In this document: positions 22,428 through 35,517 of the stretch, piece by piece
How the letters are laid out: each line of letters opens with the position of its first letter
Position numbering within the stretch: the first letter of the stretch is position 1
Assembly: GCA_037447605.1 (NCBI GenBank)
Contig: CM074804.1
Coordinates: 5,557,909-5,621,908 of the forward strand
Length of the DNA: 64,000 nucleotides
Direction: 5' to 3'
Source of the DNA: Zygnema circumcarinatum SAG 698-1b
Taxonomy: Eukaryota > Plantae > Zygnematophyceae
Translations under genes and position numbers: made by a program
The notes under the pieces: model-generated
Databases searched by the model: none
What the model was told of the DNA's origin: nothing
The model's input: the letters and a program-made list of their open reading frames with translations, nothing else

Positions 22428-25400
22428 TCAAACAAATTGCAGAGCCAACACCGCTCGGTCGCCAACTTCAAAGGGTATGTCGAGCAGCTTTTGCACACTC
22501 CTCCCCTGCTTCTTCAAGGATTTCACCAGATTGCTCCTCAATGCAGTCTCTGACCTATTTTTCCCCTGCTCAGCATCCGTCCCTTTACTTCTGCCCAAAT
22601 CCTTGGAATTCTCAATTTGCTCCCCCCACAGGGAAAAGTCGCCTCCCCGACTGACCACCAACGCCACGTTGCCTTGGTTGAGTGTGGCAGTAGTGAACGC
22701 AAACCCACCCGTAGATTCCCTTCCACGTGTCCGCGTGCCATCGAAAGCCAAAAGCACATCTCTGCGTATAATTCGTGATGCAATCGGGGAGCTCAAATGA
22801 AACTTTTCACAATGTATACGAACTTGAAAACGAACCCTACTACGCAAATGCGGACAAAATTCAGGCATCTGCGGCAGGTCCAACATGCCTAGCTTTCCTT
22901 ACAAGCACCTATTGCCATTTAAAATCTTGCGAGCTTTCAAAGACCAGACACCAGACAGTCAGTATTGCATGGCTATCAACTTAGGATGTTGTACGTCTGC
23001 TCCTTCTCACCTGTAGGCTCGGCAAGCCTCCTGCACATTGGCTCCAGATGGAGTCGAAGGGTCGAATCGAGGACCATACTTTTGAGTCAATCGCTCCAAC
23101 AGCGAAGGCGGCGGCATGTCACCATGCAAATTCACCTGCGAATGATAGAAACCCAGCTGTCAGGACGTCAACTGTCAGAGACTATCCCACCATCCTCGGT
23201 GAATTGCATCGCCTATTTGAAACAACCCTTCACGGCAGACAGGAATAGAAATAGAGGTTTGACGGTGTCCCCACAAGAGGCAGCCTTAGCGCCTGATTTA
23301 TCCCATGTTATGTGCTCAGCCCACTTTTTTAAGTAATAACAGTTGATGAACGTACCACTACTGTGCCATGGCAAGGATGTGTCAGCTTCGCCAGTGCATG
23401 TAGAAAGCCTCCATGCCTGTCCCATAACTGACGTGGGACTTGATCTTCGCCGTCATAAGCATCTATGAAGACAAGGTCGTAGCCCCTCCCAGACACACCC
23501 CCAGCCTCAGTCTCTGCTTCTCTCCCACAACGTCCATGATCCACATCACTTATGTCTCCTGTTGAGGTACCACTTTCCTCTCCCCTTCTGTGAAGGTCCC
23601 TGTCAATTCTTCTTGACCATCCCCATCCTTCTCTTTCCACCTTGTCTTCAACAAAACTGCACCCATCTCCTTCGTAAACAGCCAAGCGGCCCCACATGCT
23701 AGCCCATATCTTCTTCTGAAGCACATCCTGTCCGCTCTCATCTTGCCGGTCTCCTTTTTCCAAACCTTCACTCCCATCATTCTCCTTAATCAGAGTCGCA
23801 GCCCTCTGCGACACAGAGCGCAACTCAGCATTTTGCTCTGCAGTGCTGCCCTGCCCTCTGATTCCAGAATGGCTCCACTCAATCCCAGAGCTGCTTGCTC
23901 TGTCCATGCTCGCACCCATGGACTGCTGCGTTTGAATTGCCCACTTTGGAAATCCCATGGCTTGTGTAGCTGCAGCAATGACTGTTGGATCCAATTCCAC
24001 GGCGTCAATCTGAGCGCCTGTATGCAAATGGTTGTTTACGCGAAACAGGAAAAGGTCAAGCCTTAATGCGAGAGACTAAAAGTTCAAGCATAGCCGACTT
24101 CACGCATGTTCTAAAATAGATGTTACTGAGAAAAGCTCCACTTTTCAACTCCCGTTCAGGATTCCAACTGAGTTCGAAATAAGTAGAGTATACAGAGATG
24201 GCTAAAGGGGAGTTCACAGGATCCCCAAAGAAAAAAGATCACGACCGACCGACCGACTTGCTCCGCTATGATAGAAAAACAAACTTCTGGAAGTGGCACC
24301 TTGCAGATGGTGTGCCAGAAATAGAGGCAGACTCCCTCCTCCCAATCCTATGCACAGCACTCGTAGGCCAGTCCCATCCCCTGCGGATGCTCTTTCGTCG
24401 TGGGAAGTACTGTTTGCAAGGTTAAGGCCTGCTAGGCTTGCAGCTGACAGGCCGGCTGAGACCACCGTCTTCAAATCTATGCACATGCAAGCAGTTGCAT
24501 GTCATTCGAAGTTCCATGGACGGCCTCTCAGTTCGGCAGCATTTAGCCCCCTCCCCAAACACCCTTCCCACCCCCTCTCCCCTCCTTCTCTCCCTCCCCC
24601 TCACATTCAAAGGCGAGGCATTCTGGCTGTTGGCGCAGCGCGAGGCTCCTCTCTGCCTCCCGCCGAGGTTGGGCCACAACCGCAGCGACTCGCGCCACAC
24701 TCTGCCGAGTGGCGCCGTTGAAGCGCAGCACCCGCCACTCGTGGCCGAGCACCTTCACAGAGGGAGGGTCGGGCCCGCCCTCTAGCTGCTCCTGAAGAGC
24801 AACGTCCTCGTCCTGCAGAGAGTTCATCGCTGTCTCGAGATTCAATGCAGGACACGTATGGGTCGGAGGTCAATTTTTTGAACCTGGAATCGATTATCAG
24901 TGAGGGAGTGAGATTGAACCATCAAAGGATTGGTCCAACATACAAAGCGTTAGCGTGCAGTCTGAATTATTCCGCAGAACGGTCCGCTTCACATAAACAA
25001 GCCGTTCAGATGCAGAGGCTAGAGAAGTAGTAATAAGAACAAAGCCAGTCGATATATCTTGTAGCAATACCGCCGGTTCTGAACCGACAAGTTGAATTCA
25101 CCTCCAGAAAAAGGTTTACTCTGTCAAGAGTAACTGGGCTGTAGGAAGATGGGATTTTGGCTGTAACATTCAAGAGAAACTAACTTTACTGACCCAAAAT
25201 GAGGTAAAATAGCAAAAATAACATTACTGAATCTTGGCAATAAATGATTCCATCAAGTAAATATGCAAGTGCAAGAGAGAAGCGCCATGCTGAAGAAAGG
25301 GCAGGAGAGTCACCAAGTGTTCAGTGGATGCGATGAGAAATTCATAAATGCTGCACACATTTGCCATCAGTTATCTGAATCATGGATTTGTGAAACAAAA

Positions 25401-26050
25401 ACCAATCATAAAAACTTCTGATGGAAACGAAGAAACTGCGACGGTTCGTAATTACATTGCTCACAAACCAGGAGATACAAGAAAGAGCGTGAGATTAAGG
25501 TAGTGACTGACGAGATTTCCAGTGTTCAGTATCGGTGTCCGTTTCAATTCAGTTATAGAATATTAAGGGTAGCAATACATTCCACATTGCAAAGGTGCGA
25601 ACGCTCACTCCGCTGACAAAGTGAAAGCATAGCCTTGTCAAACCGCTCTTTGGAAACAAACAGATTTGAGTCAGCTTTCAGCATGGAACAGACCTGCGCA
25701 GAGGATGGATGTGCTGTGACAGTGACCATGCCGTTTCCATATTCAGATTCTTCCGCGAACGCAACTTCGCCTGCTCCATGGCCCCACCCTCCTCCCTGCG
25801 TCCCCCACCATTCCGGAGAGTTCCCCCAGTCTCCCGGGTCCCTCCTTCCCGCTGCCACAGCCTTCCCCCGCCCCTCTCCCTCCCTCCCTCCCCTCCTCCT
25901 CCTCGCTGCGCTAAGCTGCAGTGCCTGCGTGCGGAGCCCCCCCAGACCACAGAAGCGCAGCGCGCCCGCAAGATGCCCGGCCATGGCCCTGCCCTCCGCC
26001 TCCCTGCGCGCCCAGCAAGGCGGGAGGGCGAGGGCGAGGACCACAGCCAT
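22428..26050 (-). CDS. SAM-dependent methyltransferase, spermidine-synthase-like fold (Arabidopsis At4g13330-like)
   Basis: Exons (minus) 26050-25694, 24812-24605, 24476-24300, 24017-23356, 23135-23011, 22761-22428. Motifs SPEWWG, NGMVTVTAHPSS, EWRVLRFNGATRQS, SAM motif I RVLCIGLGGGSLPLF, IDAVELDPTV, YDLVFIDAYDG, HGTVVVNLH match the recalled plant family. Start could be 26050 or 25984; R-rich N-terminus resembles an organellar presequence. Confidence 0.88.
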
Positions 26051-26227
26051 GGCGATGGCGCCCTCCTCCCTAGACACTGCCTTGCCCTGCGCGGCTAATG
26101 CTCGGGGCGGCTACGCGCACGTCCAAATCTTACGCAGCCAATCAGGTTGTGGAGGTCGCGCTGACTCAGCGACTCAAAGACACGTGTGCAGACGGTGCAC
26201 CGTACTTTGTCGGCCGGATCGTTGTGC

Positions 26228-26796
26228 CCGTAAATCCGAACAGGCTGAGAAATTAAAAAACGAGTTTACTGAATTTCTCAATTTTCAATATTTTTCTCAA
26301 TTTTTTTTTCAATTAGGGATGAACTTTGATCACTGGAGGTCGAAACTTTTCGATTTACGCAAGCGAAAGTTGTAAGAAAAAATTCAAAGACTTAGTAAGG
26401 TCGGTCGCATTTGTGGATTCCCATTTCTGCCACGTTGGTTCCGTGCGATCGAGGGATCCGGTTAACCCGGGCCCTATTTTTTCCGTACAACTCTTCCCGC
26501 GAGCCGATTACAGTAGGAATTTCTATACGAACCTCCGAGTCCACGCGCTTTGCGATCCACAAATCTCATTGTTGATCTGTGGACCCAAGGAAAACTCAAA
26601 TTGAATACGAACGATAAGTAATTGTTTAATTTCCAATTGTTTCTTCAAATAAATCGTATTGGAATTCATTTCTCATTTCTCAAAATGAATCGTGTTCACA
26701 AATATAGGTTTTTTTTTTTAACTGGTTTTGAAAGTTTTTTTTTTGAGAAGCCAAAATCTTTCATTCCTTTTTTTCTCAACCTGTTCGGTTTTACTG
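26228..26796. mobile_element. AT-rich MITE-like element with imperfect ~25-bp TIRs in the methyltransferase/nucleolin divergent promoter
   Basis: Left ccgtaaatccgaacaggctgagaaa vs reverse complement of right end cagtaaaaccgaacaggttgagaaa (22/25 identical). Interior is sharply AT-rich against GC-rich flanks. No TSD found. Confidence 0.6.
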
Positions 26797-27439
26797 TATA
26801 CGACAAATGCGGCCGCCGGGAAACCAGCTGGCGCAAGCGTACGGAGCTGGCCGAGTCAGGCCCGGATTGGCTGCCGCAGCTTACCTCGTACGGTTGTCGT
26901 TTTGCCGCGGGCGGGCGGAACTGACTCGATCGTAAATTCTGACTGAGTAAAGACTGGGCCCCAGCAACGTCAAAAAATGCATGACGTGGCAAAATCTGAT
27001 TGGCAGCTGCTGAGCTGAGTACCTTCCGTGAACCCGTTCCGTGGAGGACTGCCTTCACATGCACTTCAAATGATTCAGTAATATCTGCTCAGAGACAGGA
27101 ACGCGCCTGAGTGAGCATGGAGCCGCCGCCTTCGAGCGCGGCCCGCTGGTCGGTCCGCCCCTCCCTCCCGGCGGCGCGTGCCTCCGTCCGATGCGGCGCG
27201 TGCGAGGGCGCTCGGCCGTCCGTCTCGCGCCCGCCTTGAACCCCGGCCCGGCCCGGCCTGGGCCGGCCCGACGGCCCCGAGAGAGAGAGAGATCTCGGCC
27301 TCCCGCCGGCCGGTCGGCGGCCCGGACCAGCCCGGCCCATAAGTACGGGCCGCGCGCCGCCTGTCAGGTGCTGGCGGCGGGGCTCTGAACGAACGAACAT
27401 CTGAACAAGCGGCCCGGCGAGGCAGGCGAGGGAGAAGCC

Positions 27440-30400
27440 ATGGCGAAGGGGGACAAGCCGACTAAGAAAGTGACCAAGGTGAGGGGAGCCAAATCATGTA
27501 TTGTGGCTGTATTGTATTGTATGGACTGCGGCTGTGGCTTTCGCTCGTACTCGCGTCTGATGGTGCCTCGTTATGGAACTGGAAGCTGCAGGCTGTTGCT
27601 GTGGCTCCTGCGAAGGAGGCGAAGGCCCCTGCAAAGGTGGTGAAGGCACCGAAGCCGAAGGAAGCAAAGGCACCTGTGAAGGAAGTGAAAGCAGCTGCCA
27701 CAGCAGGGAGTAAGAGGCCGCCGCCAAAGGCTGTTGAGAAGGCTGCTCCCCCTTCGAAGAAGGCGAAGGCAGGGGAGAAGAAGCCTGCACCACCTCCAAA
27801 AAAGGTGGAGGAAGAGGAAGACTCCGATGACAGTGACGAGGAGGACGAGGAGGTGAGTGTGTTTTCCGTGCCCTCGTACTATTTATTTTGTGCCTTAAAT
27901 TGCAGGTGAGAGCTGACCTCCGACTTATCCAGCTGGGATAATTGTGTCTTTGGCGGATGCCGTCTGTTGGTATCTATTAACGATTTTTTTGCGGGCCTGA
28001 TGCCCCTATTTTTTAATTCATAGAAACGCTTTGTTGAAATTTTAAATGTGTGCAGCCCGCTACTAAGCCGGCAGCGAAGGCAGCAGCGGTGAAACCGAAG
28101 GCTGCTCCTGCTCCTGTGGAAGACGATGATGAGGATGACGACGAGGATGATGACGACGAGGATGATGACGATGATGACGTGAGTTACTTCATCGCATTTT
28201 GAACTGTCCTTTCGAGTTAAATGTTCTTAATGAGCTGCTAGCTTTTTGCTTTTCAAGACTCCATATCTCCCCAGGTGCAATTCGTACTTTTATGCGATAT
28301 GCCTTGCCCCTAGTCTACGGTGAGAAGTTCGTTACAGGTCATCAGTTCAGGTGCAGGGAAATGAGTGGGGCTTTCCCTTGAGGTTGCTTGCATGTGCAGG
28401 CTACTCCCGCATCCAAAACGCCAGCTTCTACGCCGAAGTCAGCCGCCAAACCAGCACCTGTGGAAGAGGATGACGATGATGAGGATGATGATGATGAAGA
28501 TGACGATGATGACGACGAAGAAGACAAAAAGGTTAGGCACCAACCATCTCCTCTACATCAAAAAAAGTAATAGTCTTTTGCCTTGCACTCTTGACTATGT
28601 CCATGTTGAGAGCGATTTCGATGGCACTGATGAAGATGATTACGAATACGAAGATCGAGGACGGCAGAAGATGAAGCGGAAGAAGAGTTAGTGTTTGGGA
28701 ATCTTGGAATCCAGATAGGAGGCATATGACTGCTGACCCTTTTAATACTTGAATATAATGGAGGATCCACTTACAATTCATATATAAGTATACCGTATTC
28801 CGTATACCGTATATCCAGGGGGGGTCCGATTAGGCTATATGAAAGTCTAGTAAGCAGGATGCCGTAATATATTGAACTTACCTGATCGTTGGGAGAAATC
28901 TCTGAATAATTCTTCACGCTCTGCCGCTTTTCAAGTAGCTCGAGAAGCAGCTCTATCTTTAGTGGAGACTTCCAGCGAATTGATCAGGCATTCTGAAGGA
29001 CGTTGCAATGTCACAGGAATGCAATGCTTCTTTGCACGCATGCATCCTTTCTGTTGGTGCGTGGTAGTCTGTGAGTCGTATCTCGTTGGAGCGGTATCTA
29101 CTGCCGAGGAGGGTAGCCTTGTATCACAATGTGTTGTGCATAAGACTCACATTGCTTTAGTTCCTAGGTCACGCAGAAACAGAAAACTTGGTTTCAGACT
29201 GAAATTTGATCAACTGTCTCATGTTTTTGAAATGAATCGTACTTGGACGTTGGTTCACGTATCCAAATCAGATTCAAATCAGATTCGTACTTCCTTGATC
29301 TTAGTCAAGGATGTACGTGACATAGTGAGTGAAGGGTGAGATAAGCCCGAGGGCAGGTGATGACGATGGGGCCAATGTTACAAGCTTTATGCTGTCTAGG
29401 TCGCCACAGCCTACAATACAACCGGTTCTGAAGAAGCTTTGAACGTGGTCGGGGTGGCCCAGGCCAGTCAGCCTGCAGTTAAAAGTAGCAGTACGGCTAA
29501 GGCTGGAGGCAAAGAGGCAGCGAAGGTCGTGCAAAAGGCAGAGGAAGACGACGAGGATGATGATGATGACGATGAGGAAGATGAAGACGAAGATGAGGAA
29601 GATGAAGATGACAGTGAAGATGAAGACGAAGAAACAGAGGTATGACTTAACGTCAGGACTGGATGAGAATTAGGCGAACATATACGTTACCAGCCTCCAC
29701 ATTCATGGTGCTATTTCAGTGCACTCATCGATTCCCTCTGATGCACATCATGGAAAAAGTATGGGCACTTGGCGAAGGTTGACGTAATGTCAATGAAGGT
29801 TAACCGGAAACCTCCGTGTGCTATTTGTGACAGTCATGTCAGCGTATTTCCTACAGATAAATGGGTAGGTATCAAGAAACATTTTGTATACTAATCAGCA
29901 ATGGTTGGTTTGGCAGAAAGCTGTGAAAGCGCCAGTGAAGCAAGTGAAGACACCGACGAAGCCTGCACCCAAACCTGTGAAAGCCGATGAGGATGATGAT
30001 GACGATGACGATGACGATGACGATGATGACGATGACGATGATGAGGAGGATGTGAAGGTATGCACTATATGCTTCAAGAGTAATTTTAGGCGGATCATCA
30101 TGAATTGTGAGAATTTTTGCAGGCGGTGTTGTGGTTGATATGCAGCATTGTTACAATGAAGCTTCCTTGTGTGAAACTTTGGCGGGACAGTCGTCAGGGG
30201 TCAGCTCGCATGCCTAGTTCTTGTTTGTGATGTGCTTCCTAAGGCGGACAGACTCCGCGGGTGCCAATTTCTTGCGTTTCTTTCCAATTATATAAAAATA
30301 ATTTTCTAGGTGGACATTTAAAGTAGTGAGTGATGTCTTGAAGAGCCCTTCCCTACATTTCGAAGCCACGCAGGTTGATGCCAGTTGCATCCTTAGTTTA

Positions 30401-33400
30401 TAAGCTTACGGAGCTTGGGTGCTAATACAGTTTGCAGCCACCATCTGGTATCGTGTCTAGTTTTTTCGACAATTTGGACAAGTTGGCTATTGGTTTCAAT
30501 CTCATTTTCAATGAAACGCTGTGTGTGTGGAGCTTCGCAGCCTGCAGCAAAACCCGCAGCAAAAGCAACTCCAAAACCATCTGCGAAGGTAGAGGACGAG
30601 GATGACGACGATGATGATGATGATGACGAGGATGACGAGGATGATGAGGATGAGGAGGAAGAAAAGCCAAAGGCGAAAGCAGCAGCTCCAACCAAAACAG
30701 CAGTGAAAGCTGCTGCGAAGGAGGATGATGATGATGACGATGACGATGATGATGATGAGGACGACGATGAGGATGATGAAGAGGAGAAGCCAAAAGCACA
30801 GGAAAAAGGCAAACCTCCTGGAAAGCGCACTGCGCAAGATGATGATGAAGAAGACGAGGAGGAAGAGGAGGAACAGCCAAAAGCAAAGAAACCAAAAATT
30901 GAGGTTAAAGGCTGAACCATTACACTTTGGTATCCCGTCTTTGGCTTTTTCTAACTAGCACTGAGTTAGATAGTATTCATTCAACCGTTGATAAATTACA
31001 CAAACTTGAAATGGGGGTTATCTTTCGAGCAGAGATTCCTCGTTTTGTATTCCGGCAGACAGCAATGATTCTCGAGTGTTCGTTCATCTTTGCAGGTCAA
31101 GACACCCGTGAAAGCCGAGAATGGATCTGATTCAAGTAGTTCGACTCTATTTGTGAAAAATCTGGCATGGGGTGTTGGCCAGGATGAACTGTGAGATTTG
31201 TCCTCCTCCCTTTTTTCCTCTTTGTGATCAATTGTCTGTCAAACATCTCTTGTTTTTTTGATCTCGTCGCAACTTGTGATGATGCCAGGTTTGAGTTTTT
31301 TAGGAACTTCACATCCTGGTTGGAATTGCCCAGGATGTTTTGGAATCCTAATTGTACTTCAGCTTGGCTCCTTATAGCATAGTCACCAATTGTAAATTGG
31401 ATTGTATGCCATTTTGGAGCAGAGGAGTGACTGCGTTTTTTTAAATGGGATAGAAGTTATGAAACGCAAGGACAGGATGATATGACGATATGCTCAGTAC
31501 GTATGGTCATGGAATCGCTCCTTTGCTAATTGTAATGTGAGTTGATCCTGATTCACCTTTCCAGGTATGAGTTTTTCAAGGATGCTGGTGAAGTTGTGGA
31601 CGTTCGCATTGCTATGGGTGAAGATGGGCGTTCAAGAGGCTTTGGTCACGTTCAATTCGCAGATGCTGCTGCTGCCAAAAAGGTTCGCTTATTTATTGAG
31701 TCAGCACTTCATGCCCTAGAACTTACTTCGGTGCTGATTTGATTAATGAAATTTGTGGCAGCTAAGACCTACGTGATGTTCTGCTGTAGCTATTAACATA
31801 CATGATAGCCTAGTCTCAAGCCCTTTTCTTATAGGCAGAGCTAGGTCAAGCGTATATTGGCCTGAATCCAGTTTACTTTATTGACTTTTCTGCTCTGCTC
31901 ATGGCCCTCCAATCCATTGCACACTTTCCGTCTGCTTGATTGCTGAGCCTTGGCGATCATATTTTGCAGGGATTGGAACTATCAGGTACAGAGGTGCAGG
32001 GCCGAGAAATCTTTTGTGACTTGGCTCGGGAGCGGTCTGGAGGAGGTGGTGACCGAAATGACGGGCGAACTCCCCCCAGCTGGGGAAGAGGGTGAAACTC
32101 CCGGCTGAAAACCAGATAGTGTGCCTTCAGTTTGAGTCAGTATCAGGGTTTATGCATTACGTGATCCTCAGTCGCTTTCGCACTGTGATATTGTTACACT
32201 CCTCAAATTTGCTGGAATCTGATAGTGCAACTCTTTCCCTTAAAAAGCATTCACTTTTTGCAGAAAATCAGCAGCAAAGGAATTGCTTCTTGAGTCACTG
32301 AAAGACATACTCACGTTGGGATGAGGGATTGCGTACGCAGAGGCAGGTTTGATGGCGGCGGCAGCGGCGGCGGCGGCGGCGGCGGTGGCGGTAGCAGTGA
32401 CAGAGGACCAAGTGTCTTTGTGAAGAATTTCGATAAGTACCAAGATGTGGAGACGGTCAGTATTTTCTGCACTAATCTTGAACGTTCCATTAATAACCAT
32501 GGCATCTCGTGTCTCAACTACTTTTCTATATATTGTTTGTCATGTTTTCATTTTTTTTTTTTTTTGTAATTGAACTATGCAAATCCAGGTCGGGATCCAC
32601 TTGTGGTGTAAACATTGCAACATGTCAGTGCTGTCGATGGAAATTTGAAGTTAGTCGCAGCTCATACTTTTTTGGTCTTCAAGAAATGCAGAGGACGTCA
32701 TCGTAGTAAGGGCGTAATCTGGTGGTTGTTTGCAACAGATCAAACAGCAACTCTCAGACACCTTCGCAGACTGCGGAAAGGTGGTGAATGTGCGTATCCC
32801 CACGGATAGGGAGACAGGAAATGTGAGGGGGTAAGTACTTGTGCCGCAGAAGTCTTGCAGGCCAAGCTCTGAGACGAAAGTAATTCACAGTGCTAGTTGC
32901 ATTCGTAACATCTACAACGGGTGTGCCCTGCGCAGGTTTGCATTTGTTGAGTTTCAGTCAGCCGACTCTGTGGCCAAGGCGGCAGAGCTGAATGGAGTGG
33001 ATGTAGGTGGCCGAAGTATTGTGGTCGATGCTGGAGGTGAAAGTGAAGGTGGAGGAGGAGGAAGGGGCGGGCGTGGAGGAGATAGAGGTGGACGTGGCGG
33101 GCGTGGTGGACGTGGAGATTTTGGTCGAGGTGGTGAGCATCTGTTCCTTAATCTGGTTTACGTTTTGAAGGCAAAAGCTCAATTTTTGAGTTGGAAGCAA
33201 CAGGAGAAGTGAGGGGATTGGGGGGATGTTGAGAGTTGGGCAGACATCGCAAAGCAGAGATGAAACAAGTGGGGTAGTGGATGCAGGGATAGAATGGAAA
33301 ATCTATATTCTTTTAGGTTGTGTGGTGTGGGCTTCCCATTTATTTTGTCTGAAATGTTAGATGCCTCCATAGTCACGGTAATAATGATACGCAGCACTGA

Positions 33401-33791
33401 AGGGGGTCTTCAGGTATGCAGTGTCAGCTAGTTAGCGGGTGCTGTGCCGGCCCGACTGCAATGTCGGACGAAGCATTTGTCAGTCATCCAGGCACTATGA
33501 AAGGAGCAGGGCATGTTTCGTAAACATAAGATATAGACGTCGTACTGACCGGGATTTTTGACGTTTGCAATTTTTTAGGCCGTGGTGGTCGAGGTGGCGA
33601 TCGAGGTGGTCGGGGTGGCCGAGGTGCCCCCCGGGGCCGAGTGAACCTTGCAGCTGCAGGGACCGGTGAGCACAAACTTGAACATTTCCTCGCTTTGTTA
33701 CATGGGATTGGCTCCTATCGCTCCTGTTTGTAAGCATGTTCATGTTATTGGCCTTGCAGGGAAGAAAACGACCTTCGATGACGATGATTGA
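27440..33791 (+). CDS. NUC1: Nucleolin (plant NUC1/fungal NSR1 type: acidic repeats, 2 RRMs, GAR tail), 15 exons
   Basis: Exons 27440-27478, 27592-27852, 28056-28178, 28400-28531, 29463-29639, 29917-30057, 30541-30903, 31096-31190, 31565-31682, 31970-32091, 32341-32455, 32739-32830, 32936-33132, 33579-33665, 33760-33791. Eight D/E tracts; RRM1 LFVKNL...SRGFGHVQF; RRM2 VFVKNF...VRGFAFVEF; RGG repeats; C-terminus GKKTTFDDDD. Confidence 0.96.
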
Positions 33792-34373
33792 AGGGTGCTG
33801 CTGCTGCCGAGCACAGCTGGCAGCTCCGCGCTGGCTGCTTATCTTAAAGCGTTCTGAAGTGCTGCGGGCTGGAGGCCCCGTCGGGAGGTGGGAGATGAGG
33901 AATGCGTTTTAAAGGCTCAAGTGGTTTGCAACCCTGGTCTAGGCCTTAGGAAGGTTAGAGGTGAAGAGAGCAGCACAGGAAGCTAGAAGCTGAGCGCCTT
34001 CTAGGGGAAGGGACTAGTGGCGACTCTTAGTCAGTACGGAGAAGGTTCTATGAAAGATTATGAAAGATATGATATGAAAGGTTCGTGTGTGCGTGAAGTG
34101 CGTTGTGAAAAAAAGGCCCCGTGTCCCATGGGGGCTGCATCATTTTGCACGCGACTTTGTGTACAGCTTTTGTGGCATGTTTGGGTTGTAGCTCGAGGAT
34201 TGAAGGCGGCAATCTGTGGATGCGCATTCTCGCTCAACCGCAGTTGTGAAAAGTGGTGCAGGTGCGCAATGCTGCTGAAAGGGTCGAGTGTCACAGACCG
34301 TGCAAGTGAGGGAGAACAAGCGCCTGCCTGCCTGGGGCTTGAAAGACGAGGCACGGTGGGGTATAGAATGCTT

Positions 34374-34614
34374 GTGCAAGTTTGCACAGATCGGACCATT
34401 AGACAAACCAGTCGACTGGTTGGCAACCAGTGGTTGCGGACCGAAACAACCATTCGACTGGTTGCGAACCAGTGGCGCAGGACTGAAACAACCATTCGAC
34501 TGGTTCGGAACCAGTGATCCAATGGTTGGCAACCATTGAATTTCTGAAATTATGCCTTTTTGCAAAAATGGGTCGTTTGTGTTTTTTGGTTGGTTGCCAA
34601 CCGTTGACAACTAG
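34374..34614 (+). repeat. Left palindrome array (CTGGTT-NNN-AACCAG units) ending in hairpin + CTAG|T
   Basis: Four palindromic units at 34407-34545; arm gtgcaagtttgcacagatcggacc at 34374-34397; hairpin GGTTGG-ttg-CCAACC (34588-34602) 8 nt before CTAG (34611-34614). Confidence 0.85.
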
Positions 34615-34632
34615 TGTAACAAGCCTGATGCG

Positions 34633-35517
34633 CAGGCCTCTTCAAATAGGGGAGATCCCCTAAATATCGTAAATAGCTTATTTATGTAAGATTTTGAGAT
34701 TAGTTTACGTGATTTCAACTTAAATACCACACAAGCCCCAAAAAAGCATTTTTTTGGTTAGAAACAAAAAGGAAATGAATTGCATTTGCAACCACGATAG
34801 CAATGATGTATATGAACTTTACTTGTTGGTATAACAACACGGCTTTAGAAACTGGTGCAACCTCTTCGACTCTTATAGATTGGTAAATTTTACCAATCAA
34901 TTAGAACAACTGTGCATTTGGCAATCGCAACATATAGTTGCTTATTCAAAAACCCAATTGCACTGAAACTTTGTAGATCCAATCCTAAGCTCTCTATTTC
35001 CTTTTCCATCCATCATTAATTACTCCAAGTATCACTTTAGAATCCATCATAGTCTTAAAATTTCCTCACAAAAACTCTATTCCAAATCATAACCTCTGAA
35101 ATTCTAGGTGTAGTCACAAAAGAAAAACTGAAATAGGAACTAAAATTAGAAATGAAATGAAAAATGGTCTCACTCCCTTAGGAGTTTTAGGCTGATCAAG
35201 ACAGCTATAGAAGGGATGCAAACGACTCAAAGAAACCCTCGAAGAGTGGTCAAACTATCAAACTGTTTGCAGTGAAGAATGCCTTCCAATGAAAAGTCTG
35301 TCAACCTCTTTCAAAACTCGTCTTTCTCCCATCCAATTACTGAAAAATCAGACTCGACGGTAGCAGTGTTGGGAAATGATGAAGCAAGGTCTCCACAAAA
35401 TTCTCGTCCGTACGTGCACGGTTTCGTCCGTACATTCCATATTTACGTGTTTTTACAAAACCAAGTTAGGGGACAGTCCCCTATCTTAAGCCGAAATCCC
35501 CTATTTGAAGAGGCCTG
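34633..35517. mobile_element. Non-autonomous hAT-superfamily DNA transposon (885-bp MITE)
   Basis: Perfect 21-bp TIRs CAGGCCTCTTCAAATAGGGGA ... TCCCCTATTTGAAGAGGCCTG; perfect 8-bp TSD CTGATGCG at 34625-34632 and 35518-35525; AT-rich non-coding interior; repeated subterminal TCGTCCGTAC (35404, 35424). CAG-start TIR plus 8-bp TSD is the hAT signature. Confidence 0.93.

Noticed and set aside
28342-30920. Antisense poly-Ser and poly-Ile/His ORFs in nucleolin
   Set aside because: These are mirror frames of the GAT/GAC/GAG acidic-codon runs.
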